Translations under genes and position numbers: made by a program
From: Mycobacterium sp.
GTDB taxonomy: Bacteria > Actinomycetota > Actinomycetes > Mycobacteriales > Mycobacteriaceae
DNA length: 64,000 nt
Assembly: GCA_018401645.1 (NCBI GenBank)
Contig: JAGYKK010000006.1
Coordinates: 24,437-88,436 of the forward strand
Direction: 5' to 3'
In this document: positions 45,985-57,018 of the stretch, piece by piece
Layout: the number at the start of each line of letters is the position of its first letter
How positions within the stretch are numbered: the stretch's first letter is position 1
The notes under the pieces: generated by a model
Told to the model about the DNA's origin: nothing
Databases searched by the model: none
What the model saw: only the letters and a program-made list of their open reading frames with translations

Positions 45985-47256
45985 ATGGCCGACACCTCCA
46001 CGCCCAACCTGCCCCGCACCAGTGCGGCCGTCGCCACGTCGACGATCCACGACCCAGATGCGCGCGGGCATTTCGGAATCTTCGGTGGCCGCTACGTGCC
46101 GGAGGCGTTGATGGCCGTGATCGAGGAGGTCACCGCCGCCTATGAGAAGGCCCGCACCGACCAGAATTTCCTCGACGAACTCGACTCCCTGCAGACCCAT
46201 TACGCCGGGCGTCCGTCACCGCTCTATGAAGCGACCCGGCTCGGTGCCCACGCGGGTGGGGCGCGCATCTTCCTCAAGCGCGAGGATCTCAACCACACCG
46301 GCTCGCACAAGATCAACAACGTCCTCGGCCAGGCACTGCTGGCCCGTCAAATGGGCAAGACCAGGGTCATTGCCGAGACCGGGGCGGGTCAGCACGGAGT
46401 TGCCACCGCCACCGCCTGCGCGCTGCTGGGCTTGGAGTGCGTGATCTACATGGGTGCGGTCGATACCGCCCGCCAAGCGCTGAATGTCGCGAGAATGCGA
46501 CTGCTCGGCGCGGAAGTGGTTGCGGTGCAGTCGGGCTCAAAGACCCTCAAGGATGCCGTCAATGAGGCCTTCCGAGATTGGGTGGCCAACGCCGATGACA
46601 CCTACTACTGCTTCGGCACCGCCGCCGGGCCGCACCCGTTCCCGGTGATGGTGCGCGATTTCCAGCGGGTGATCGGTATGGAGGCTCGCGCACAGATGCT
46701 GGCCCGGACCGGCCGGCTGCCGGATGCCGTGACAGCGTGTGTCGGCGGGGGGTCCAACGCGATCGGCATCTTCCATGCATTCCTTGATGATCCGGGTGTG
46801 CGGCTGATCGGCTACGAGGCCGGCGGAGACGGAGTGGAGACCGGCAGGCACGCCGCGACGTTCGCCGGCGGAACACCCGGGGCCTTCCAGGGGTCGTACT
46901 CCTATGTCATGCAAAACGGTGACGGGCAAACCATCGAATCCCATTCCATCTCAGCCGGATTGGATTATCCGGGCGTCGGTCCCGAGCACGCATTCCTCAA
47001 GGAAGCCGGCCGGACGGAGTACCGGCCGATCACCGACACCGAGGCGATGGATGCGTTCAAGCTGCTGTGCAGGCTGGAGGGCATCATCCCGGCCATCGAG
47101 ACCGCGCACGCCATAGCGGGCGTGGTCGATCTCGCCGCCGAGCTCGGACCGGAATCGATCATCCTCATTAACCTGTCCGGCCGCGGAGACAAGGATGTGG
47201 AGACCGCCGCGCGGTGGTTCGGTCTGCTCGACGGCGCGACACCCGGTGGCACATGA
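45985..47256 (+). CDS. trpB: Tryptophan synthase beta chain
   Basis: [50 protein letters not shown]. Confidence 0.97.
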   Translation: MADTSTPNLPRTSAAVATSTIHDPDARGHFGIFGGRYVPEALMAVIEEVTAAYEKARTDQNFLDELDSLQTHYAGRPSPLYEATRLGAHAGGARIFLKREDLNHTGSHKINNVLGQALLARQMGKTRVIAETGAGQHGVATATACALLGLECVIYMGAVDTARQALNVARMRLLGAEVVAVQSGSKTLKDAVNEAFRDWVANADDTYYCFGTAAGPHPFPVMVRDFQRVIGMEARAQMLARTGRLPDAVTACVGGGSNAIGIFHAFLDDPGVRLIGYEAGGDGVETGRHAATFAGGTPGAFQGSYSYVMQNGDGQTIESHSISAGLDYPGVGPEHAFLKEAGRTEYRPITDTEAMDAFKLLCRLEGIIPAIETAHAIAGVVDLAAELGPESIILINLSGRGDKDVETAARWFGLLDGATPGGT

Positions 47257-48065
47257 CCGCCCAGCACTATTCGACCGGTCGGCTTGGGCCGATCTTCGAA
47301 GCCTGCCGTGCCGAGGGGCGGGCGGCGCTGATCGGCTACCTGCCGACCGGCTATCCCGACGTGCCGACGTCGATCGACGCGATGGTGGCGATGAGCAGAA
47401 ACCAGTGCGACATCATCGAGGTCGGCGTCCCCTACTCCGATCCCGGAATGGACGGTCCGGTGATCGCAACCGCCACCGACAACGCTCTCCATGCCGGTGT
47501 TCGGGTCAGTGACACACTCCGCGCCGTCGAGGCCATCAGTGCCGCCGGCGGCAACGCCGTGGTCATGACCTACTGGAATCCGGTGCTGCACTACGGTGTT
47601 GACGCCTTCGCCCGGGATCTGGCGGCGGCCGGGGGCTTGGGCATGATCACCCCGGATCTCATTCCGGACGAGGCCGAGGCGTGGCTGGCGGCCTCGGACC
47701 GCCACGATCTGGACCGTATTTTCCTGGTTGCCCCGTCGTCAACCCCAGAGAGACTGGCGCGGACAGTGGAGGCTTCCCGCGGATTTGTCTACGCGGCGTC
47801 GACCATGGGCGTGACGGGCGCGCGTGATGCGGTGTCGACCGCGGCTCCGGAGTTGGTTCGCAGGGTCAAGGCGATTTCCGATATTCCGGTCGGGGTGGGC
47901 CTGGGTGTTCGCTCGGGTGCGCAGGCTGCCGAAATTGCGGAGTTCGCCGACGGAGTGATCGTGGGTTCCGCCTTGGTGTCGGCGTTAGGCGACGGGGTGA
48001 ATGCGGTGCGGTCACTGACCGGGGAACTGGCTGCGGGGGTGCGGGAGAAGTTGCCTGCCAAGTGA
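47253..48065 (+). CDS. trpA: Tryptophan synthase alpha chain
   Basis: [39 protein letters not shown]. Confidence 0.96.
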   Translation: MTAQHYSTGRLGPIFEACRAEGRAALIGYLPTGYPDVPTSIDAMVAMSRNQCDIIEVGVPYSDPGMDGPVIATATDNALHAGVRVSDTLRAVEAISAAGGNAVVMTYWNPVLHYGVDAFARDLAAAGGLGMITPDLIPDEAEAWLAASDRHDLDRIFLVAPSSTPERLARTVEASRGFVYAASTMGVTGARDAVSTAAPELVRRVKAISDIPVGVGLGVRSGAQAAEIAEFADGVIVGSALVSALGDGVNAVRSLTGELAAGVREKLPAK

Positions 48066-49758
48066 TTACGACGGTGCTCGCTTCTTTCCCAAGTCCGGAC
48101 CAGGGTGTGTGGTACCTCGGTCCGGTTCCGATTCGGGCCTATGCCCTGTGCATCATTGCCGGTATCATCGCCGCGTTGGTGATTGGGGACCGCCGGTGGG
48201 CGGCCCGCGGTGGCGAACGGGGCGTCGTCTACGACGTCGCGTTGTGGGCGGTGCCGTTCGGCCTGATCGGCGGCCGGATCTACCACGTGTTGACCGATTG
48301 GAAGACATATTTCGGCGAGGGTGGCGCCGGACTCCGTTCCGCGCTGCAGATCTGGGAGGGCGGCTTAGGCATCTGGGGTGCCATCGCCTTCGGTGGCGTC
48401 GGCGCGTGGATCGCGTGCCGGCGCAGGGGGATTCCGCTGCCGGCCTTCGGTGACGCCGTCGCGCCCGGCATCGTCATGGCCCAGGCGATCGGCCGCCTCG
48501 GTAACTACTTCAATCAGGAACTTTACGGCCGGGAAACCACCGTGCCGTGGGGCCTGGAGATCTTCTACCGCCGTGACTCCTCCGGCGTAGTCGACGTGCA
48601 CTCACTCGACGGCGTCTCGACCGGGCAGGTCGCTGCTGTCGTTCATCCGACGTTCCTCTACGAACTGCTGTGGAACCTGCTGGTGTTCGCGTTGTTGATC
48701 TACGTCGACCGCAAATACCGGCTCGGTCATGGCCGGTTGTTCGCGCTCTACGTGGCCTCGTACTGCGTCGGGCGGTTCTGGATCGAACTGATGCGTGACG
48801 ACACCGCAACCCTCATCGCCGGCATCCGGGTCAACGTGTTCACCGCGACCTTCGTGTTCATCGGTGCGGTGGTTTACATGTTGCTGGCGCCGAAGGGCCG
48901 TGAGGACCCGGCGGCGCTACAGGGCAGTCGCGAAGGACTCGACGCGGAATCTCTCGAGGAAGAGTCCTTGGTCGAGGAACTGGCCGAGGAGTTGGTAGCT
49001 GCGGCCAGCGGAAGCGGACTCATTGCCGCGGTGACCGTCGCCGGTGAGCACGAGACTGAGGATGCCGAGGCCGTCGGCGACGACGAGTTCGAGTCCGACG
49101 TTCACGAGGACATCGAGCCCGCTGAGATCGACGTTGAGATCGATGACGGAGCCGACGTTGAGGTCGTCGTTGACGACGATACCGACGTCGCGATTCACGT
49201 CGACGACGAGGCCGACGTTGAGATCGTCGTCGACGACGAGGCCGACGCCGTCGAGGTGATCGAGTTCGTGCCGGACGAGGAACGGGCCGCGCCTGCCGAC
49301 GCCGAGTCGCCCGACGACGAGATGGTTGTGGTGTACGCGAGCGCACCCGAGAACGAGCCTGTCGCGGTGGACGCTCCCGGGGTGATCGAGTCCGGGGTGA
49401 TCGAGTCCGGGGTGATCGAGTCCGGGGTGATCGAGTCCGGGGTGAACGAGTCCGGGGTGATCGAGTCCGGGGTGATCGAGTCCGAGGCGATCGAATCCGA
49501 GGCGATCGAGCTCGATCCGGTGGACTCCGAGGTGATTGAGCTCGAACCAGCGGAGCTTGAGCTGATCGAGGCTGAGGCCATCGAGCCTGCGCCCGTGGAG
49601 GTCGTGGAGGTCGTGGAGGTCGTGGAGGTCGCAGAGGTCGTCGACGTCGTCGAACCAGTGGTGGTCGTGGAGCCCGAACCGACTGAGCCGGCCCCCGACC
49701 GGAATCGCCCGGCTTCGGCTCGTCACTGCGCCGTCTGCTGTGGGGCGTCGGCAAGTGA
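48062..49758 (+). CDS. lgt: Prolipoprotein diacylglyceryl transferase with long acidic repeat-rich tail (probable 1-nt frameshift near 49695)
   Basis: GGRIYHV, IWEGGLGIWG, QAIGRLGNYFNQELYG, HPTFLYE; an alternative frame ends SSLRRLLWGVGK* at 49758. Confidence 0.9.
49377..49510 (+). repeat. 15-bp tandem repeat (ccggggtgatcgagt) x7 plus 2 degenerate, encodes GVIES
   Basis: Read directly from the sequence; followed by a 9-bp cgtggaggt x4 at 49594-49631. Confidence 0.95.
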
Positions 49759-50161
49759 CCGGGAACCGTTTGGAGGCCCGGGAGAGAATCCGCCGCCGTA
49801 CTACCCGCCGCCGTCGGGCCAGTTTCCGCCGCCGTACTATCCGCCGCCCGTTTTCTACCCTGATCCGGCAGCGCCCTACGGCCGCCACCCGCTCACCGGT
49901 GAACCCTTCTCCGACAAGTCGAAGGTGATCGCGGGTCTGCTGCAATTGTTGGGCCTCGTCGGCGTCCTCGGCATCGGCCGCATCTATCTGGGGAACACCA
50001 CCCTGGGAATCACCCAACTGCTCGGCTGCCTGGTGTTCGGCATCGTCACCTGCGGAATCGGGTTCATCGTCCCGGTGATCTGGGGAATCATCGACGCCGT
50101 TTTGATTTTCACGGACCGGGTCCGCGATTCGGCGGGCCGACCCCTGCGCGATGCCGTCTAA
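49755..50161 (+). CDS. TM2/NINE domain membrane protein (Rv1615-like)
   Basis: DPAAPYGRHPLTGEPFSDKSKVIAGLLQL...GIGRIYLG; GTGA start overlaps the putative lgt stop. Confidence 0.82.
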
Positions 50162-50576
50162 GGTCCGCCGTTACGCGGGACTCGGGTCCGGAGTCCTGGC
50201 TGTCGGTGCCCTGACCTACGTCGGAATGGTCGATCCCCATCAGCCTGGCTCGGTCTACCCGGGTTGCCCGTTCAAGATGCTCACCGGCTGGAACTGCCCG
50301 GCCTGCGGTGGCTTGCGAATGACTCACGACCTGCTGCACGGTGACTTGGCGGCAGCCGCCGCCGACAACGTCTTCCTGTTGGTCGGACTTCCGCTGCTGG
50401 CGCTGTGGTGGTTGTGGCGCAACCGGAGTGGGCGACCGGTGTTCACGCCGACGGTCATCGTCGCGGTCGCGGTCGCCGCGGTCGCGTGGACCGTCTTGCG
50501 AAACCTGCCCGGATTCCCGCTAGTTCTTGGCGCGTTCGTCTCCGCGTTGGTGGATTCGGCGGCACTGCGCCGTTAG
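50151..50576 (+). CDS. DUF2752 membrane protein (Rv1616-like)
   Basis: CPFKMLTGWNCPACGGLRMTHDLLHGD. Confidence 0.88.
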   Translation: MPSKVRRYAGLGSGVLAVGALTYVGMVDPHQPGSVYPGCPFKMLTGWNCPACGGLRMTHDLLHGDLAAAAADNVFLLVGLPLLALWWLWRNRSGRPVFTPTVIVAVAVAAVAWTVLRNLPGFPLVLGAFVSALVDSAALRR

Positions 50577-50607
50577 GCCGCCCCCCGATCGCGGCTATGC
50601 TCCCCTC

Positions 50608-52026
50608 GTGACGCGGCGCGGAAAAATCGTCTGCACTCTTGGCCCAGCCACCGGCACCGATGACATGGTGAAGGCTTTGGTCGAGGCGGGCATGGACGTC
50701 GCACGCCTGAACTTCAGCCACGGTGACCACGCCGACCATGAGGCGGCCTATCAGCGGGTGCGCAAGGCTGCTGAGGCCACCGGGCGGGCAGTCGGCATCC
50801 TTGCCGATCTGCAGGGGCCGAAAATTCGTCTGGGCCGGTTCGCTGAGGGCAAGGCGATCTGGGCCAACGGCGATACGGTTCGCATCACCGTCGAGGAGTG
50901 CGAGGGTACCCACGACCGGGTTTCCACCACCTACAAAGAACTTGCCAAGGACGCCAGACCCGGTGACCGACTCCTCGTCGACGACGGCAAGGTCGCTCTC
51001 ATTGTCGAACACATCGACGGAGACGACGTGGTGTGCACCGTTACCGAGGGTGGACCGGTCAGCAACAACAAGGGATTGTCGATGCCCGGCATGGCCGTCT
51101 CCGTTCCGGCGTTGTCCGGCAAGGATATTGCGGATCTGGAGTTCGCGCTGCGACTTGGGGTGGACCTGATTGCGCTGTCGTTCGTCCGTTCGCCGGCCGA
51201 CGCAGAGTTGGTCCACGCCGTCATGGACCGGGTCGGCCGCCGGGTTCCGGTGATCGCGAAGCTGGAGAAGCCCGAAGCCGTGGACAATCTCGAGGCCATC
51301 GTGCTGGCGTTCGATGCCGTGATGGTCGCTCGGGGGGATCTCGGCGTGGAACTTCCTCTGGAGGAGGTGCCACTGGTTCAGAAGCGGACCATCCAGATTG
51401 CTCGCGAAAATGCCAAGCCGGTCATCGTGGCCACCCAGATGCTGGAGTCGATGATCGAGAACTCCCGGCCCACCCGGGCGGAGGCTTCCGACGTCGCCAA
51501 CGCCGTTCTGGACGGTGCGGACGCGGTGATGCTCTCCGGGGAGACGTCGGTCGGTCGATTCCCCCTGGAGACGGTGCGGACCATGGCGCGGATCATCTGC
51601 GCGGTCGAGGGCAACTCCACGGCCGCGCCGCCCCTGGCTCATGTGCCCCGGACCAAGCGCGGGGTGATCTCCTATGCCGCCCGCGATATCGGGGAACGTC
51701 TCAACGCCAAGGCGTTGGTTGCGTTCACCTCGTCGGGGGACACGGTTCGACGGTTGTCCAGACTGCACAGCCCGATACCGCTGCTGGCCTTCGCGACCGC
51801 CCCGGAGGTGCGCAGTCAACTTGCGCTGACCTGGGGCACCGAGACGTTCATTGTTCCCGACGCCGGCAGTACCGATGACATGATCCGACAGGTCGACCAC
51901 GCCATGCTGCAGTTGGGTCGTTACCAGCGTGGGGACTTGGTCGTCATTGTCGCGGGCGCCCCGCCGGGCACAGTAGGCTCTACCAACCTGATTCACGTTC
52001 ACCGAATCGGGGAGAACGACCACTAG
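50608..52026 (+). CDS. pyk: Pyruvate kinase
   Basis: KIVCTLGPA, ARLNFSHG, DLQGPKIR, MVARGDLG, ATQMLESM; TATGCT -10 just before the GTG (leaderless). Confidence 0.97.
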   Translation: MTRRGKIVCTLGPATGTDDMVKALVEAGMDVARLNFSHGDHADHEAAYQRVRKAAEATGRAVGILADLQGPKIRLGRFAEGKAIWANGDTVRITVEECEGTHDRVSTTYKELAKDARPGDRLLVDDGKVALIVEHIDGDDVVCTVTEGGPVSNNKGLSMPGMAVSVPALSGKDIADLEFALRLGVDLIALSFVRSPADAELVHAVMDRVGRRVPVIAKLEKPEAVDNLEAIVLAFDAVMVARGDLGVELPLEEVPLVQKRTIQIARENAKPVIVATQMLESMIENSRPTRAEASDVANAVLDGADAVMLSGETSVGRFPLETVRTMARIICAVEGNSTAAPPLAHVPRTKRGVISYAARDIGERLNAKALVAFTSSGDTVRRLSRLHSPIPLLAFATAPEVRSQLALTWGTETFIVPDAGSTDDMIRQVDHAMLQLGRYQRGDLVVIVAGAPPGTVGSTNLIHVHRIGENDH

Positions 52027-52050
52027 CGGGATCCGAGCGGAAGGCGGCCG

Positions 52051-52956
52051 GTGCCGGAGTCCCCGGATCAGACAGATCTCGATGAACTGCTCGGGATCCT
52101 CGATCTCACGCCGGTCGGCAACGACGTGTTCACCGGGCGGCACCCCCGAAAGAATCCGATCCGCACTTTTGGTGGTCAGTTGATGGCCCAGGCCTTCATG
52201 GCAGCCGCCCGGACGTTGGCCGATGATCTGCCCCCCAGCGCGCTCTCGGTGCATTTCATCGCAGGCGGTGACCCGGCCGCCGACATCGAGTTTCATGTGG
52301 TGCGCCTGCGGGATGAACGGCGATTCGCCAATCGTCGAGTCGATGTCATGCAGGGCGGCGTCCTGCTGGCCACGGCGTTGGTGTCCTATCTGTCGGCCGG
52401 CAAGGGCCTTGAACATAGTTTTCCGGCACCGGAAGTCCCGGAACCGCACACCCTCCCGACGATCGACGAGGTGTTGGTCGGCTACGAGCAGATCGTGCCC
52501 GGCTTCGTCGAGGCGTTGCGGCCGATCGAATGGCGCTACGCCAACGATCCGGCCTGGGTAATGCGTGACAAGGGTGAGCGGCTGGGACGGAACCGGGTGT
52601 GGCTGAAGGCCGCCGGCGCCATGCCGGCTGACCCGGCACTGCATACCGCCGCGATGATCTACTCGTCGGACACCACGGTGCTGGACTCGATCATCACCAC
52701 CCACGGACTGTCCTGGGGCTGGGACCGGATCTTCGCGGTCACCATCAACCACTCGGTCTGGTTCCACCGTCCGGTCGACTTTTCCGAGTGGGTGCTCTAC
52801 GCCACGGCGTCACCGGCCGCGGCGGAGTCGCGCGGTCTGGGCATGGGTCACTTCTTCGACCGCGTCGGCCGGGTTATTGCGACCGTCGCTCAAGAAGGCA
52901 TCGTCAAACATTTTCCCGCCCGGGATTCCGCCCGGGATTCCTCCGCTAGGGAGTAG
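52051..52956 (+). CDS. tesB: Acyl-CoA thioesterase II
   Basis: RTFGGQL, YSSD, NHSVWFH, QEG. Confidence 0.9.
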   Translation: MPESPDQTDLDELLGILDLTPVGNDVFTGRHPRKNPIRTFGGQLMAQAFMAAARTLADDLPPSALSVHFIAGGDPAADIEFHVVRLRDERRFANRRVDVMQGGVLLATALVSYLSAGKGLEHSFPAPEVPEPHTLPTIDEVLVGYEQIVPGFVEALRPIEWRYANDPAWVMRDKGERLGRNRVWLKAAGAMPADPALHTAAMIYSSDTTVLDSIITTHGLSWGWDRIFAVTINHSVWFHRPVDFSEWVLYATASPAAAESRGLGMGHFFDRVGRVIATVAQEGIVKHFPARDSARDSSARE

Positions 52957-53540
52957 GGGCGTCGGTGAACCGGCTCGTCATTGACTCACGGAACTCGTCT
53001 GAGCACTGCTGCACCGCGGCGCTGTCCTGTCCGGCCCGTTGCAGGCAGTCGATATAGCCGCCCGCACCGACCTCCCTGAACAAACCGACCCAGATGGCGA
53101 TGAAGGCGAGGCCTGCGATGATCGAGATAATGCCGAGGATGATCCCGGCCAGAGCCACCCCACCGTTGTTGGCTTCGCCGCTTTTGACCCGGCCGCGGGC
53201 GATGACCCCCAGGATCACCGCGACGACGCCCAGCAGGATTCCGCCGACGACTGAGACCGAACTGATTAGTGCGACGATCGCGATGACCAGTGCCGCAGTT
53301 CCCAGGCCGTTCTTGGGCACCGCGGGCCCTGCTGGGTAGTAGTCGCCATACTGCATCGGCGGGGGCGGATAGCCACCCTGATAGGGGCCGCTATGGTACG
53401 GGCCACCCGGATAGGGGCCACCCTGGTACGGGCCACCCTGGCAGGGGCGGATAGGGATAGGGAGGAGGCGGACGCCGTCCGGCAACCCGGTCCGGTTGTC
53501 GGAAATCCAGGTTGCCGGACGGAACCGGATTCTCAGTCAT
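52946..53540 (-). CDS. DUF4190 membrane protein with Pro/Gly/Tyr-rich N-terminus (5' frameshift)
   Basis: KNGLGTAALVIAI...ARGRVKSGEANNGGVALAGIILG; GGPYx 15-bp repeats at about 53373-53447. Confidence 0.78.
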
Positions 53541-53591
53541 GTCTCGCGCTTCATTCAGGCGGAAAAGGACAGCTGCCAGCCTACCAATCGA

Positions 53592-54200
53592 TCAGCGGGT
53601 CCCGAGTGCTTCGCCGACCACGGTCCGGACCTCGTTGCCGGCCTTGCGGATCCCGAAGCTGGCGATGATCTCCAGTACACCGATGACGATCAGCCAAATA
53701 CCGACCACCAGGGTGAGGGTCTCCAGCGAGGTGATCGGGTACGACATCACGATCACGCCGGCGATGACAGTCACGATTCCCAGAAAGATCTGCCATCCGC
53801 GTCCGGGGGTATCGGAATCGCTGACGGCGGAAGCGGTTTCAGCGACGCCGCGGAAGATGAACCCGATACCGATCCAGATGGCCAGCAGCCAGATCGCGTT
53901 GCCGAGTTGACGAAATGCCAGCACCGCCAGCACCAGTGATGCGGCGCCGCTGATGAACAGCAACGCCCGTCCACCGCCGGAGACGTGCAGGGTGAACGCG
54001 TGAAAGACCTGCGACACACCCGTCACCAGCAGGTAGGCGCCGAAGAAGATGGCCGCCAGGACCAGGGTCTTGCCGGGCCAGGCCAGGACCATCGCCCCGA
54101 GGATCACCGACAGGACTCCGGTCAGCAGTACCGATTTCCACAGTTGCCCCACGAGGCTTCCGCCGGTTGAGGCCAGGGTTCCACCAGATGTAGTTGTCAT
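53592..54200 (-). CDS. HdeD family acid-resistance membrane protein (Rv1624c-like)
   Basis: Duplicated 3-TM repeat (LAWPGKTL...FFGAYLLVTG; SYPITSLETL...GIWLIVIG). Confidence 0.85.
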   Translation of the reverse strand: MTTTSGGTLASTGGSLVGQLWKSVLLTGVLSVILGAMVLAWPGKTLVLAAIFFGAYLLVTGVSQVFHAFTLHVSGGGRALLFISGAASLVLAVLAFRQLGNAIWLLAIWIGIGFIFRGVAETASAVSDSDTPGRGWQIFLGIVTVIAGVIVMSYPITSLETLTLVVGIWLIVIGVLEIIASFGIRKAGNEVRTVVGEALGTR

Positions 54201-54338
54201 TGGAAAAGTCTCGCACAAAGCGGTTCGCACTCCCGGCATTGAACCTGCGACAGCCCTCGGCAGCTCCGATGCGCTGCAGGTTGGATCTGGCCAGGCTAGG
54301 GTCTGGCCAGCGACAACTCGGTGGAAAGAAGGGCAATC

Positions 54339-55286
54339 GTGCTCACAGGCTTGGACAATCAGACGGTTTCCCGCAACCGGACGCGCTGGTGGCGCGCCGC
54401 GACAGTATTCGGACTCCTCGGCGCCCTGGCGCTGGCCGGATGCGCCAGGAACACCGAGAACGGCTCGGGTCCGGGAGCCGACGGTGCGCCATTGAGCATC
54501 GCCGTGACGGCACCGAAAGTCGACTCGATCGCCGCGACAGTTCCGGCGGACATCCGGGACTCCGGCAGGTTGGTGGTGGGGGTCAACCTCCCGTATCCGC
54601 CCAATGAGTTCAAGGACTCCGAAGGCAAGATCGTCGGATTCGATGTGGATCTGATGGACGCCGTCGCCGGCACCCTCGGGTTGACGGCCGAGTACCGCGA
54701 GTCGGATTTCGCCAAGATCATCCCGGCCATCGACGGAGGCACCTTCAACGTCGGCATGTCATCGTTCACCGACACCAGGGAGCGCGAGAAGCAGGTCGAC
54801 TTCGTCACCTACTTCTCTGCGGGCAGCCTGTGGGCACAGCGCCCCGGCAAGGCCATCGACCCGAGCGACGCCTGTGGTCTCAAGGTCGCCGTGCAGGCCA
54901 CCACCATCCAGGAGACCGAGGAGCTTCCGGCCAAGAGCAAGGCCTGCGTCGACGCCGGCCAGCCCGAGATCCAGATCGTCAAGTTCGATGGGCAGGATGC
55001 CGCGACCAACGCGGTGGTGCTGGGACAGGTTGATGCGATGTCCGCCGACTCGCCGGTCACCGCGTACGCCATCAAACAAAGCGATGGCAAACTCGAGGGA
55101 GCCGGCGAGATCTTCGATTCCGCGCCCTACGGCTGGCCCGTCAAGAAGGGTTCACCGCTGGCGCAGTCGCTGCTGGAGGCCCTCGAACATCTGATCTCGA
55201 CCGGGGACTACAAGACCATCGCCACCAACTGGGGCGTGGAGTCCGGGATGATCGACAAACCGGTCATCAACGGAGCTGTCAGCTGA
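54339..55286 (+). CDS. Polar amino acid ABC transporter substrate-binding lipoprotein (start uncertain)
   Basis: Lipobox LAGC; YPPNEF, VGFDVDL, SSFTDTRERE. Confidence 0.88.
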   Translation: MLTGLDNQTVSRNRTRWWRAATVFGLLGALALAGCARNTENGSGPGADGAPLSIAVTAPKVDSIAATVPADIRDSGRLVVGVNLPYPPNEFKDSEGKIVGFDVDLMDAVAGTLGLTAEYRESDFAKIIPAIDGGTFNVGMSSFTDTREREKQVDFVTYFSAGSLWAQRPGKAIDPSDACGLKVAVQATTIQETEELPAKSKACVDAGQPEIQIVKFDGQDAATNAVVLGQVDAMSADSPVTAYAIKQSDGKLEGAGEIFDSAPYGWPVKKGSPLAQSLLEALEHLISTGDYKTIATNWGVESGMIDKPVINGAVS

Positions 55287-56207
55287 GCGGACCGCCGCCG
55301 GCGGCGGCGGACCCGCGGTCCATCGACGCGATCCCGCTTCGACGACCGGCGCATCGCCCGGGCGCTTGGCATCATCGCGGCGGTCGGGCTGTTCCTCTAC
55401 GGTGCGGCCACCAACGAGGCTTACGGCTGGGCCACCTACCGCAAGTACCTGTTCGACCATCGAGTGTCAGAAGCGGCGTGGAACACGTTGCAGCTGACGT
55501 TCTGGGCCATGCTGCTCGGCCTGCTGCTGGGGGTAACCCTCGCAGTGATGCGGCTCTCGCCCAACCCGATCCTGAAGTCGGTGTCGTGGGCGTATCTGTG
55601 GATCTTCCGCGGCACCCCGGTCTACGTGCAACTGGTGTTCTGGGGTCTGTTCCCGACGCTCTATCAGAAAATCCAGATCGGGGTGCCGTTCGGTCCCTCG
55701 TTCTTTCAGCTGGAATTGCGCGATCTGTCCATCAGCTTCATCCTGGCGATCATCGGCCTCGGTCTCAACGAGGCCGCCTACATGGCCGAAATCATCAGGG
55801 CCGGAATTAGTTCCGTGCCCGAAGGCCAGACCGAGGCCTCGACCGCGCTCGGGATGTCCTGGTGGATGACGATGCGGCGCACAGTGCTTCCGCAGGCGAT
55901 GCGGGTGATCATCCCACCCACCGGCAACGAACTGATCAGTATGCTCAAAACCACGTCGCTGGTGACCGCCGTGCCCTACACGCTGGAGCTCTACACCCGG
56001 ACCAGGGACATCTCCGCGGTGATCTTCCAGCCGATCCCGCTATTGATGGTCGCCGCCACCTGGTATCTGGCGATCACCAGCGTGCTGATGGTCGGTCAGT
56101 ACTACCTGGAGAAACACTTCTCCCGGGGCATCTCCCGGACACTGACCACCAAGCAGTTGGAGGCGCTCGCCAAGGCCCAGAACGGTGCGCAGGAGGGCCA
56201 CCCATGA
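55283..56207 (+). CDS. Polar amino acid ABC transporter permease (5' end scrambled by indels)
   Basis: [34 protein letters not shown]. Confidence 0.86.
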
Positions 56208-56977
56208 CCGCCGCCGAGCGCCCCATGGTCGATGCGCAGCAGGTGTGCAAGGACTTCGGCGCCCTGTCAGTACTCAAAGGCGTGACCCTGTCCGTTGCCC
56301 CCGGAGAGGTGCTCGTGCTCGTTGGGCCCTCGGGGTCGGGCAAGTCGACATTCCTGCGCTGCATCAACCACCTCGAGACCGTCTCGGCCGGGCGGCTGTA
56401 TGTGGACGGCGTGCTGGTCGGCTATCGCGAAAGCCGCAACCGCCTCTACGAGATGCCGGCTCGCGAGGCCTCCCGCCAGCGCCGGGACATCGGCATGGTG
56501 TTCCAACACTTCAACCTGTTTCTACACCGGACGGCCCTGGAGAACATCACCGAGGCGCCGATCCACGTCCGGAAGCTCAGGAAGTCCGCCGCCGTTGAGC
56601 GGGCCCGGGACCTGCTTCATCAGGTGGGCCTGTCCGACAAGGCGGACGCTTATCCGGCACAGCTGTCCGGAGGCCAGCAGCAACGGGTCGCGATCGCCCG
56701 CGCCCTGGCCATGGATCCCAAGTTGATGTTGTTCGACGAGCCCACCTCGGCGCTGGATCCCGAACTGGTGGGCGAGGTGCTGGCAGTGATGAAGAAACTC
56801 GCCGGCGCGGGTATGACGATGATCGTGGTGACCCATGAGATGGGGTTCGCACGCGAGGTAGCCGACCAACTGGTGTTCATGGACGACGGCGTCATCGTCG
56901 AAACCGGACCGCCTCGGGAGGTGCTGGGCAACCCCGCGCACGAACGCACCAGGGCGTTTCTATCGAAGGTGATGTGA
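56204..56977 (+). CDS. Polar amino acid ABC transporter ATP-binding protein
   Basis: [36 protein letters not shown]. Confidence 0.93.
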   Translation: MTAAERPMVDAQQVCKDFGALSVLKGVTLSVAPGEVLVLVGPSGSGKSTFLRCINHLETVSAGRLYVDGVLVGYRESRNRLYEMPAREASRQRRDIGMVFQHFNLFLHRTALENITEAPIHVRKLRKSAAVERARDLLHQVGLSDKADAYPAQLSGGQQQRVAIARALAMDPKLMLFDEPTSALDPELVGEVLAVMKKLAGAGMTMIVVTHEMGFAREVADQLVFMDDGVIVETGPPREVLGNPAHERTRAFLSKVM

Positions 56978-57009
56978 GACGGCTGATGTGAGACGGGCGA
57001 TCTGAGACC
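56970..57009 (+). repeat. 14-bp tandem repeat (tgatgtgagacggc) x~3 that copies the ABC ATPase stop codon
   Basis: Read directly from the sequence. Confidence 0.8.
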
Positions 57010-57018
57010 TGTCGTCGG

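Noticed and set aside
48062-50161. 699-aa Lgt-TM2 fusion shown in the ORF track
   Set aside because: One missing base in each of two short homopolymers (about 49695 and 49762) restores separate lgt and TM2 genes with a GTGA overlap. The linker reads as out-of-frame text.
53373-53447. GGPYx repeats as a special element
   Set aside because: Pro/Gly/Tyr low-complexity N-termini are usual for DUF4190 proteins.
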